Below are positions 12,601 through 23,069 of a stretch of 64,000 nt of DNA, piece by piece. Numbering within the stretch: position 1 is the first letter of the stretch; each line of letters starts with the position of its first letter. The stretch comes from Paraspadella gotoi (Eukaryota > Animalia > Chaetognatha): the NCBI GenBank assembly GCA_051294375.1, contig CM119266.1:18470087-18534086 (forward strand), given 5' to 3'. The position numbers were made by a program, and so were the translations under genes. The notes under the pieces were generated by a model. That model was not told the DNA's origin, searched no databases, and saw only the letters and a list, made by a program, of their open reading frames with translations.

Positions 12601-15600
12601 TTCCCAGACTGTCCCAAACGGGTTACGTGGTCGGCCAACCTCGAACTCCACTGCGCCGAGAACGGCCACGCCCCCGACGCCGATTCCGAGACACGATTTC
12701 TCCGCACCTTCTTCGCTCGCTTCGGCGGCGCCGTCGGCGCTGCCGAGGACGCCGCTTGCGAAACGGCGCCACCTATTAGAAGAGTCGGTAAGAGAAAGGG
12801 CGGAGCGAAGGAGAAGGCGTTCAAGTTGGAGTCGGTGGCTGAGAGGCTGAGACCAAAGGTGGAAGCGGATCTCTACGATCACATCGTCGCTCAGAAGGTA
12901 AGGACCCTTTCCATCCCGTCGTTCTCACTTTTTCTTTCCACCTTATCCTATCTCATTTCTTCATTCACACTCGTCTCCCGTTTCAATCTCCACCTCTATC
13001 TCTCCATCTCTCCCCCCCCCCAAGCTTCCCCGCTCTTCCGGCCTCAACGAATTCCGTTTTGCTCTCGACGTCTTCTTCTTCGGCGCATGCGTCCGCGACG
13101 CCTCCACGCTTACTTTTGCCGTCGAGTGCGCGCGATGCGGACGGAAGTGCACTCAGGACGAATACTGGGCGCATGTGTACGAACAACATCTACGTGTGCG
13201 ACCCTTTGCATGCAGCGGGTGAGAGAGAGAGAGAGACTAAGCGTATTTATTTATTTTTAAAAAATTACATGTAAACTGGAAATTGGATATTGGATACTAA
13301 CCAGTAACCATTGTTTTTTTTTCCTTTCGTCTCAGTTGCGACTTCAGTTCCGCCTCCTACAAAGAAGTCAACGTCCATTGCTTCGAAATCGGAACCCGCG
13401 CCGGCACTGGCGTCGATACCGTCGATACCGGGGCCACGATTTTATCCTCGCCGACGTCCCACTGTCTCGTCAGCGAGGAGCTCACCTTCCTCTCTACGCT
13501 TTTCAATAAAACCGCTTGCGCTGCCTTCGCCGAGTCGTCCGCCGAAGACGCAACGGGTTTGAAGGTAGGATAATCGGGAAGTGGCTCTGATTAAAGGTCA
13601 GTTCTTAAGTGGAACCTTTGTCGGGAGGAAAATTCAGTGGATTTCTCAACGGATTCATTTCTTATCTGAAATTTATTCATTTGAATAATGATTTGTTCAC
13701 AAATAAAACATTTTATTCTTTGCTTAATTATTCATTGATGATTCGTTAGCTATTATTCATTGCTTACTCAAATAATTCCCCTAACAATATAGCGGGGGAA
13801 TTTTAAATATATCTATATATTTTATGGTTCTCTGCTTCTGAACTAATATTCTTAAAACATTTTAAACATATCTCGCAGAATCCGAAGGCAGCGACGCTGA
13901 AACTCGCCGACCAAGCTAAGCTGAGAGCTCGTCAAAAAATCAAGCATTCCATGAAGCAAAATCATGTTATAGGTAAGCAGATTCTTGGTAAGTTTTTATC
14001 TAATAGTATTTTCTTTTCATTCGCCCTTTTTGCTTCGACAACAGACTCATTGACGGATCGCGAGGTGGCCAGCATGATGTCGCCCCAAGCGATGCGTAAC
14101 TACATCTACGAGAAAAACCTCAACAAAGACAAAAGACTCGCGCCGATTTTCTGCGATCACGGATGCGACTATAAGACGAAAGACGTCGCAGTTTATCAAC
14201 AGCACGTGAGGTAAGGGAAAAAAAGCATTTCATCTCGTATTCCTCTTCTTCTCCATCAATCTCTTCGTTATCATTAGGCGCCACAACAGCAGCGAAGGTC
14301 GTTATCACTGCGACATCTGCTCTTACAACGTCAACGACAAGATCCAATTGTCTGCGCATCAAAAGTTTCACCATAAGAAGAGAGAGGAGGCGTTGGCTGG
14401 GGACAGGATCGAGGACGTCCTGGCTTTGGGGGCGGACGAGCGAGGAGTGTAAGAGAGAATCGGAATCTGTATGGGGGGGTCATTTTTTGTTAACTGAAGT
14501 TATTAAATCTTATAATCATTCCATACTTTCATTCCTTCAGCTTCGGGTGTCCCCATTGCGACTTTTCTGTGCGTCACAAACGGGGTGCATTCGTGACGCA
14601 TTTGACGCGCCACTCGATGACGCGCGACGCGGGTCAATTTTACTGCACGCTCTGCTGCTTCAGCGGCGACGGCGTCGACGACGTGGCCGATCACATCCGG
14701 GACCATCATACTGGGGGAGGAGGAAGAGGAGGAGGAGAGGAAGTGCAAGAAGTGACAGGGATCTCTAGATCCGGAACTATGAGAAAGTAAATATTATTTT
14801 AAGTAAATAATATTATCGGTAAACTTTAATCCAACTTAATTTTTTTTCTCTTAAAGAATCTCGAAACGACAAATACAAAAGATCAAAGATACCACTCCTG
14901 TGACAGAGGAACTTCGACCCGAGGATCCTGATTACAAACAGAAACTCTTGGCAAAGTATTTGGTGACGGCTGCAGTCGCGTCGGCGGCGGCCCCTCTGTC
15001 TCTGACGACGCTCGGACTTTTAACGGACGATGAAGCAGTGGCCGCTGGAAATAAGAAGAAAAAGACTCCGCCGCCGACTGAGGTGAGGAATCTAAATCGG
15101 GGGGAAGACATAGAGATACATCGTGACCATTTGAAACCCGCCACTATAAAATATTCACCATACAAAAACATTTTTAAAAAAGAGAAGACATTCTTTATTT
15201 ATGTATAAATTTCTTGATAATTGATTCTCATATCGGTCCGCCTCGCCACGAAATGCCCTTTTGTTCGCGCTAGTCGATAGATCGCGCGTTTATCAGAGTA
15301 AGAAAAACGAACAAAATAACATCGAAAGATGAAAAAAAGAAAATCCAGGGGAAGCCGTCACGTGACCGGCCTCGACCAATGGGAGCCCGGCAAATCCCAA
15401 GCCGGCTCCCTCCCTCATCCGGGAATACGAAGCCTCAATTCTTTTTTCGCGCTCATCTAGTTCGGTTGTTTCCTTACTGATTTCGCGTTTTTTCTTGACT
15501 TTTTCACGATTTTCTCGTATATCTACGTTCGAAACCCGCTCATTAGAAGTCATCAAGTAGAGACGAACGTTCGGACAAGAAGTCCGACAGCCGAAAACGT

Positions 15601-18600
15601 TCGGACATGTCTCTAAACGTAGAGAGGGACTGGAGATCCCTCGGGGGCTCGAGAGGTCCAAGAGAGACCGAGCGGTCTCGCCCCCGCCGCCACCTGCCCC
15701 ACCGACACCGCCTTCTCCCCCCTTTTACCGTGGTTTTCGGCAGCCCGATTCCGTCGGTTTTGGGACTCGGCCCGTACCAACCGACAATTTCCGTTGCCCG
15801 GCCGAGCGGTGGGGCTTTGTCCGAGGCGCCCTCTCTCGCTGCTCTCGGACCAAGTGGCGGCCGGTCTGGTCATCCCCCACTGCCGGATGACGTGACCAGA
15901 GGACTGGAGTCTGTCCTTACGACGATGGTTTCGTCACTGAACAGCTTTAGGAAGGATTCGACGAATTTCGCCGCGAGTCTCAGCGGCGTTTCGACGCTTT
16001 GGGGCGGTGAGTTTTTCCCGCCAGATGGCGTAGTGGGGGTTTTAGCTCGTTTTTCAAACGCCTCGCCTCCCTCTTTTGTTTCTCCTTTATTTCTTTCTTT
16101 TTTCGAATTATTCGATTTTTGGAATTTTTAGAATTTTTATTTCGTCTGATTCGATCGAAATATTTTTGTTGAAATAACCGCTTTCCTCCGCCTCTTGGCA
16201 TGGGGCATTTCGTGGCGAGGCGGACCGATATGAGAATTTTTAATTCCTTTATGGAATATTAATTCTATATCGGTCCGCCTCGCCACGATCCCACCGTCCG
16301 CCCCTTTTTTGTCTCCTACCATGTTTTTTCGTGGCTTTGGCGTGGCTTAGGGAAAGGGGGTTGGGGAGAAGGGAGGGGGGGGGTTCGGGAGTTTTTTCTG
16401 TTTAATTCTCGCGCTAATTTGCTTACCGCTTACGTTTTTTTACATGTGACGATTCCATATCGGTCCGGTTTTGCTCTCCACTACGCTTCGCCTCGTTTGA
16501 CGAGTCTCGAATTCCTTCCATGCTGTTCCGACTCCAGTAGGCGGCCCCTCTCAGATCGGGCGCCCGCCTCGGACCGTCACACGGTCTCGCCTCTACCCAA
16601 GCGTCATCGATCCCACACAGTGCCGGATCCGGACGCCAAGTACTCCTCCGATTCGGCGGAGGAGGGAGAAGTTTCGTCTTCAAATGACGACGTCGGCGGT
16701 TTTCGACGGCTTCCTGCCCACGAGCAGGTCAGCGCCGGTTCCAGGTTCGTTACATGTGGCGTTTTCTTCGCTGCGTTGGGGAAGGGGGTCTTCCTCACGG
16801 CCAACTGGAACTCGCTGGGACGCCCAGCGATCGGCAGTATACGCCACTGGATCGACGTCGCTTCTCCTCCGGAGTTCACCGCTCCGACGCCGGACACGTG
16901 CCTCTCCGCTCAATTCGAGTCGGCGTTTTCCAAAGGGGAATAACGCGACTACTCTCCGCTCCTTTCACGTGCGATGCAGGAGAACGGCGCTACCGCGCAT
17001 GCCATCCTTACAGTTGTCGATGAGCTGCGCGGAATCAAGGAGGCTTTCCGTTCCGGCTCGTCCAGAAATGAGGTCAGCGCTGGCGTCGACGCCCTTGCCG
17101 CCCTGCTTCGCGACGCGGCTCTTATTCAAGCGGCGTCCCTCAACCTTTCAGTCGGCGAGTTCCGCCGCCAAGTTCTCGCTGTGGCGCGCCCACCGCATCT
17201 TCCTTTCTTGGTATTCAGGAAGCGCAGGTGGAATCGGCGCTCAATTCGACGCTTCTACGAAACGTCGCTCGCGCCAAACCCGCTGCCGACAAGCGCCCTC
17301 ATTTCCGCTCGAAGTCTTCCTTCAAGCGCAAGTGGACCAAGAAGTTCCCCGCAAGAAGTCGGGAGACGGGAAGGGCCGGGATTCGCATCCCGGCGAATGA
17401 CTCGAAACGCCTCCCTCGCGGTCGCCGCCTTGTCCGACCGCCCAGGTTTTAGGCCTGGATCCGCCCATGGACTCGAGTCTCGACACGGACCTTTCCACGC
17501 CGGCGCTTCTTCCGGAAGTCCCCGTCGGAGGTCGGCTTCGTCTCCTTCAACCCCTTTGGACGACGCTCGTTGGCGAGACGTCGCCCATTCTAGATAACTT
17601 CTCGGGATTTCGCCTCGAGGGGGCGAAGCAGTTCCAGCACGCTTCCATCTTCCCTCGGACGCGACACCGAGACGCCTTGGTCGACGCGGAGATTGCGGCG
17701 GCTTTGGGGGAGGACGCCATAGAGGTAGTCCCGGTTTCTCCGGGTTTCTTTTCCATGCTTTTCCTCTTTACGAAAGAAAGATGGAGGCTGGCGCCCGATT
17801 TTGAACTTAAAAGAGCTCAGCTCTCGTTCCTTTCGCCGCCTTATTTCTGGAGGGAAGGAGCCCCGGACTTACGAAGGATGTTTCGACGAGGAGATTGGGG
17901 TGCCTCGGTAGACCTCCGAGATGCTTCTCCTTCTCCCGATCCACGAGGATCATCCGAAATTTTGCCGCTTTGGAAGGGCCGCCTCTACCAGTACAGAGTC
18001 CTTCTTTTCGGCCTCTCGACGGGCCCTTGGCTTTTCACCAGGACGACGAGGCCCCTTAGTGCGTTGGCTCCGCCCACTGGGGATTCGATGTCTTTTTTTC
18101 AAGTAGACGGCATCTTGATCCTGGTTTCCTCGGCGGACGTTTGTCGACGAGCCACTCGGAAGGCGGTGTGGCTACTCAAGAAGGCGGGGTTCGTCATCCA
18201 CCTTCAGAGGTCGAGCCTGTCTCCCTCTCAGAGCTTCGATTTCCTCGATTTCGTTTGGGACAGCCTCTCCCACTCCATCGCGCTCCCGGAGACGAAAATT
18301 ACGACTCTTCGCTCTCGCGGAGAATCTTTGCCAACGACCGCTCCACGTGCTCGTCAGTGCCTTCAGCTCTAGGCCATTCGACGGCGGCGTCCTTGGCAGT
18401 ACCGCTGCTACGCTGCAGGTTTTCGAGGATTCAACGAGACGTCTTTCGTGTCTACAAGTCGAAGAAGGATCTCGACCGCGTTGTTCCTCTCCACTCGCCG
18501 GCGATGGAGGAGCTGCGGTGGATCGCAGCCCTCTCTCCAGACCAGTGCTTCGCTCCGCTCGATGACCTCCTCCCGGAGGTCTGCACGCTGGAGGTGACGA

Positions 18601-21600
18601 CGGATGCTTCGTCGCAGGGATGGGGGTTTCTCCATCAGGGCCAACTGTCGATGGGAACCTGGTCGTCTGCGGATGCCCCTCTCCTTTTTCTTTGTGAAGG
18701 AGTTCACAGTTTTGAGATCCTCCAACGATTCGGAGCTTCCTTCCACGGCGCGTCCATCCTTGGAGACGGACAGCTTCGTCTCTCTCTCCTGCCTTCGTCG
18801 GGGCTGCAGCAAGAGTCCGTCTCTCTTCGGAGGAGATTCTCATCACGGCCGCGGCGTCGAGGGGCCGCAAGGTGGCGGACTGGAAACTCCTTACGAGAGT
18901 TTTCCGCCAGATGGTCGACATATTCGGTCTCCCCAGCATCGTTTTTTCGCGACTCCCGGTCGGCTCAAGTTCCACGTTTTTCGCCTGGGAGGCGACGCTG
19001 GAGGCGGAGGGGATAGACGCCTTGGCGCAACGCTGGGTCTTCGACCTGGCCTATCTCTTTCTCCCCTCCTCTGCTGATGATGGTGATCCGCAAGCTGGAG
19101 AGGGCGAGGGGCTCCCTTCTCCTGATCACCCCGTTTTGGCCGACTCAGAAGTGGTTCCAGAGCCTCCTTTTCCTTCGGTTTCTGGACGCGAGGCGCCTTC
19201 CGGCGCCGGAAAACCTCGTCGTCGACCTCGTGTCCGGACTTCCGCCTCCGCAAGCGGATCGCTTCAGGCTCGTCATCTGGAGGTTTTTTAGGCGGTGCCA
19301 CAACCTCTCCGACATCGACGACTCCACCTTCTCCGTCATCGTCGACAGCTGGAGAGGCTCTACCGAGAGTGCTACGCCAGAGCTTGGAGCTCCTTCTGCG
19401 ACCTCCTTCAGGATAGGGAGGTTCGAGGATCTCAAGCCTCTCTAGAGGATGTTCTTACGATACCTCGGTTTTCTGTGCGAGAAGGGCCTCTCGTACAGCA
19501 CGATCAACCTTCACAGGTCGGCCATATCAGCTGCTCTCCCCCCCCTGGCGGGAGCGCCGGTTGGAGAGCATCTTTTGGTCCGGCGCCTTCTCAAGGGATT
19601 TTTGAGAGACGCCCTCCCTCACGTCGGATTTTCCCCACGTGGAATGCGGTCTCGGTTTCACGCATTCTCGACTCGGCGCCACTTCCGATAGCGCCGAGGG
19701 ATCTTCTACGACGCTCGCTCCTTCTCGTCGCTTTAGCGTCAGCTCGTCGCCCTCCAGAGATCGTCTCTCTTCGTTGCGACGCGGGCTATCTTTCCTTAGC
19801 GGCAGTTCACGTTCGTCTGGTTCCATCGACGCTCTCGAAGACGGACAGGGTCGGACACTTGGGTCCGGCTTTCGTCTGGTTTCGCTGCCACTTTCGGACC
19901 GCTGCCCGGTTCAGGCGCTGCGCCTTTGGCTCTCTCCGTTCGGATTTGGCGCCGCCACACGATTTTCTTTTCTGCGCTCCCGCGCCGCCTTTCGTCAACT
20001 CTCGACGCAGCGTTTCGCCTCCCTTCTCAAGGAGCCTTTCTTGGAGGCGGACGTTTCCGCGTCCCCGGGGTCGACGCGCGCTATGGCGGTCTCGGACGCC
20101 TTTGCCCGCGGAGTGGAGCTCGGCGTCTTCCTTCGCGTCATCCTTCGCGTCATCCTTCGCGCGGGAGATTGGTCTGGCGCGCAGACCTTCTTCGTTTCTA
20201 CTGCAGGGACGTCGCGTGGAGCGCCCTCCGGGTTTTTCTAGGGACGATTGAGCTTCGTATTCCCGGATGAGGGAGGAGCCGGCTTGGGATTTGCCGGGCT
20301 CCCATTGGTCGAGGCCGTCACGTGACGGCTTCCCCCTGGATTTTCTTTTTTCATCTTTCGATGTTATTTTGTTCGTTTTTCTTACTCTGATAAACGCGCG
20401 ATCTATCGACTAGCGCGAACAAAAGGGCATTTCGTGGCGAGGCGGACCGATATAGAATTAATATTCCATAAAGGAATTAAAAATTTTGTTTTGAGTTCAT
20501 AATGAGCAAAAAAAGATGAGCAGTCAAAGTAAACCGAAAGAAATGATATCTATACCTAAAAATTAGTATGTTGTGGCGATTCCTAAATTCGTTTCCCGCA
20601 TAGCTTTGTGAAACTCAGCTGGTCTCATTTGCTTGGACAGCTAAGTTCTTGTTCACTAACCGTGAGTTACGGGTTCAATCCCCTCACGGTTATGCTGGTT
20701 AATGTATAATGGTGTCGGCATAAACACGCCAGTGACATGGAGTGGTCACTGCAGGTCCAAAGCCTTGAGCGCCAGCTGTCGGGAGATGCCTTATACCCTA
20801 GGCATCAAACATGTCCCCCCGTTGCCATAATGTTTTGTTTTTAAGTTTTTTTTTTCAAAATGTTAAAATCGTTTTCATTTGGTAAATTTTTTCAAATGTT
20901 CACCATGTATTAGATAGGTAAAGAAGCATTAATGTAACGTCCCAAACCCACCCCTTTCCTAAAAAGGTACCAACACCGATGGTAGCGCTTAAAAAGGCGC
21001 CGTGGCGGGAAGCTTTTGCCGAAGTCACCGACGCCGAATTGCAGCTAAAAGTTACCGCGATCCTGAATCAAATGGCCGACGTCGCTCCGGACGGCCCCGG
21101 CGCCAGAAGCGTTTCTCGAAGAAAGAGAAATTCCAGCAAGAACGCCGCTTTATTGAGCGGTTCGACGTCGCCTAAGATCGCGACTCCGATCGCAGCGGCA
21201 CCTTCGAAGGACGGCGTCGTCGACGAGAGCCCAAAGCCTTTCGTCTGCGGTTTTTGTCCTTTCGACGTCGCGACTCCGGAAGAGATGGAACGACACCTTC
21301 TATTCCATGCCTCCATAAAGTCGATGCTGGAAGAGCTCGTCAGGGTGGGCTCGGATGAACTATGTTTGTCCGACAAAGACGCTGGATCTTTGGGCGACGT
21401 GAAAGCATTGCCCGAATCCTCTTTATTTATTACAAATATCGCAAAGACAAAGGCTGTGACCGACAAAACGTTAACCGACACCGCTTTGCCTTCAACCGAC
21501 GAAAAGGTTCCGAGCCACGAAGTAGTTCTATCGGAGGCTTCTGTTTCGATTCATTTACATAAGAAAGTGGATTCAAACCTTTCCTCCGACGGAGATAATC

Positions 21601-23069
21601 GGACGCACCCCCCGGAGGCGAAACCGATTGCCCACGCCTGCGAAGAAACTTGGGCCCAATCTGCGAACCATTTGAGCGTACCTTCTCCAGTATTGACGAA
21701 TCATTCCAATCTCCTTCCGACGTCTCAACTCAATCTTCATCGACCTTTACAATCGACGCTCCTCCCCAATTCCCTTCGACTCCTCTCGCCTCTCCAACCA
21801 ATCACCCTTCCACAGCCCTCGCCACATCGAACTCTGCCCAACGCTCTCGACGAAGTCACTTTCCTCCGCTGCCAATTCTGTTGCCACTCCTCCAAGTCTT
21901 CCGTTAACGCCTCCCGTCATCTTAGGACTCACTTCGACACCGGAGGGAGCCTCACCGAAAGGCGGCCGACAATCGTTGCCGTGACTGCGAGAGACGTAGA
22001 GAACTTGAAGCGGTCGAGGACAGACAACTTGGCGGAGATTATGTTGGGTGGCGTCGGTCAGGAGAAAAGTACGAAGAGGGAGGATTATGTAGAAACTGGT
22101 GCTGGAGAAGAGTGTGCTGGAGAAGATAATGTTAAAGAAGTTAGTGTTGGGGAAGGAAATGGAGAGAATAATGATATCATCATCAAATATCGAAGTGCAT
22201 TGTCTGCCGATTCCAATGGGGAGGATTCGCCTCGAAAGGGGCCACCTCGCGAAGAAATGGACCATTTTCGAAATAAGATCTTGGAAAATGTGGAGGACGT
22301 AAACGGCGAAGATCGAACTGATCCAATATCGACAAGTATTTCTCAAATTTCGAATATTTCAACGATGTTAGAGATGGAGACAGATCTCGACGGCAAAGCA
22401 ACATCAGAGACTCTTCCCCTCTCGAGCGAATCTCCTAAAACGAAAACAACATTATCTCCGAAAGAATCGACTCCTTTAACACCTCCAATCGTCAGACCCA
22501 AATCCTTAGATGATCTCCGTCTTATTCTCGACACCCCTGCCCCCTCCGACTTTGATTCGCCCGCCCCGGAACGCGCCGTCAAGGAACTGGTCGTGGACGA
22601 AGCGATGCGGGAGTCGGCGCGGAGGATCCTCGACGAGATCGACAGCCTGAAGGCGCGGACGGCGTCGTCGGCGTCTGACGAAGCCTCGCCCAAGACGACG
22701 AACACCGCCGACGTCGTCTCTCCTTCCCCGAGGCCCTCGTCACCCTTCACTGTCTCCTGCCCTCGATGCGAGATCTCTCTCGAATCTCGAGACATCTTTC
22801 GCCACGCCCTCCAACACTCCGTTTGCCTCGACGAAGAGTTGGACGCCGTCGAAGCCGACCTTTTCTTGGGCAAGCGTCTCGAGGAGAGACTGGGGGCGAT
22901 GAGGAGAAGAGGGAAAAAAGAGGAGGGGGAATTGATGGCGGCGTTGGAGGAGGACGAGGAGGAGGAAAAGACGACCGAGTTGATCGCCTGTCGTTTTTGT
23001 TGTTTAGAAGTGAGCAGGTGTCAGGTGGAAGCCCACGAAGCCAGGCACACGGGAGAGATCGTTTGTTGA
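3699..23069 (+). CDS. Large multi-zinc-finger protein (~2250 aa, ~26 exons): 3 N-terminal matrin/U1-type fingers, 5 repeated double-finger modules, classical C2H2 fingers
   Basis: Exons 3699-3776, 5375-5514, 5748-5844, 5913-6093, 6179-6733, 8280-8518, 8791-8944, 9082-9144, 9220-9301, 9644-9850, 9995-10194, 10543-10739, 10850-10994, 11322-11597, 11677-11840, 11907-12023, 12368-12518, 12608-12897, 13025-13218, 13337-13564, 13879-13972, 14045-14210, 14278-14448, 14541-14786, 14857-15082, 20967-23069. All are GT-AG and phase-compatible except a 1-nt discrepancy at 12897/13025. Fingers such as WCLICQVKTESQ|AVFDAHRRSKQH and YHCGLCK|FDLHSSEEFELHQYSALH are split by introns and reassemble correctly. 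Confidence 0.85.
6796..8165. mobile_element. Tc1/mariner-type MITE with long TIRs, left TIR interrupted by a TRIM
   Basis: Left end c(g)gaaggcttcatattataaaatgtggtac+cccttttttgtgaccagaa matches the reverse complement of right end ttctggtcacaaaaaaggggtacctcattttataatatgaagccttctg. Inner match atcgaggcgaattt / aaattcgcctcgat. TA on both flanks (6794-95, 8166-67). Confidence 0.8.
6826..7510 (-). mobile_element. Non-autonomous LTR element (TRIM-like), 685 bp
   Basis: Direct repeats 6826-7052 and 7256-7510, near-identical apart from a ~28-bp indel. Minus-strand termini TGTGGC...GCCATA, 4-bp TSD GTAC (6822-25, 7511-14), PBS-like TGGTGAGCC 2 nt after the 5' LTR on the minus strand, ~200-bp non-coding interior. 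Confidence 0.82.
8612..8690 (+). repeat. Fragment of dispersed repeat also present inverted at ~45185-45310
   Basis: tgaataaactagactgtgagagagt...ttatcttataagattgatggag matches the reverse complement of 45185-45310 (tgaataaacgagactgtgagagagt...ttatcttgtaagagtgatggagg). Confidence 0.55.
9356..9613 (-). mobile_element. Solo LTR (258 bp) containing a tRNA-like B box
   Basis: Minus-strand termini TGAGGC...GCCATA, 4-bp TSD CTCC (9352-55, 9614-17). Clearly homologous to 20572-20829. Contains GGGTTCAATCC. Confidence 0.78.
10270..10508 (+). mobile_element. tRNA-derived SINE-like element in intron
   Basis: A-box-like tagcgcactggg (10270) and B-box-like gggttctagcc (~10315), followed by a GC-rich body inside an AT-rich intron. 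Confidence 0.5.
15230..15439 (+). repeat. DIRS left inverted terminal repeat
   Basis: atatcggtccgcctcgccacgaaatgccc...gggaatacgaagcctcaat is the reverse complement, with a few 1-nt indels, of 20247-20453. Confidence 0.93.
15607..17460 (+). pseudogene. DIRS gag-like ORF (frameshifted, apparently intron-containing)
   Basis: Pro/Ser-rich N-terminus, helical segment EGFDEFRRESQRRFDALG, putative intron 16007-16537, then RRPLSDRAP...SSDSAEEGE...ALAALLRDAALIQAASLNLSVGEFRRQVL. Lies in the usual gag position upstream of RT. Confidence 0.6.
16203..16288 (+). repeat. DIRS internal complementary region (ICR)
   Basis: gggcatttcgtggcgaggcggaccgatatgagaat is the reverse complement of the left end, and aatttttaattcctttatggaatattaattctatatcggtccgcctcgccacga is the reverse complement of the right end. 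The two overlap at AAT. Confidence 0.92.
17521..19290 (+). pseudogene. DIRS pol: reverse transcriptase, RNase H and DNA adenine methyltransferase-like domain (multiple frameshifts)
   Basis: PVGGRL..W start; GFFSMLFL; DLRDA; LYQYRVLLFGLSTGPWLFTR; YxDD position reads QVDG; RNase H VTTDASSQGWG; MT-like GIDALAQRW...LLLITPFWPTQKWF. Confidence 0.88.
19300..20210 (+). pseudogene. DIRS tyrosine recombinase (frameshifted)
   Basis: SWRGST...YARAWSSF; YLGFLCEKGLSYSTINLHRSAISAAL; LLLVALASARRPPEI; SKT; CPVQAL; GSTRAMA (HSTR box); ILRAGDWSGAQTF. Confidence 0.88.
20247..20485 (-). repeat. DIRS right inverted terminal repeat plus 32-nt extension
   Basis: Inverted copy of 15230-15439 followed by unique agaattaatattccataaaggaattaaaaatt, which is complemented in the ICR. 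Confidence 0.92.
20572..20829 (+). mobile_element. Solo LTR (258 bp) containing a tRNA-like B box
   Basis: Termini TGTGGC...GCCATA, 4-bp TSD ATGT (20568-71, 20830-33). Same family as 9356-9613. GGGTTCAATCCC lies in a stem aaccgtgag/ctcacggtt. Confidence 0.8.

Larger units (their letters stand above)
15224..20485 (+). mobile_element. Full-length DIRS1-like tyrosine-recombinase retrotransposon in intron 25 of the zinc-finger gene
   Basis: Inverted terminal repeats 15230-15439 / 20247-20453, 32-nt right extension, ICR at 16203-16288, ATT at both ends, and gag, RT/RNase H, methyltransferase-like and YR coding remnants on the + strand. Confidence 0.93.

Noticed and set aside
20615-20700. Genuine tRNA gene
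   Set aside because: Has a T-loop/B box but no cloverleaf acceptor or anticodon arms, and lies within a TSD-flanked LTR.
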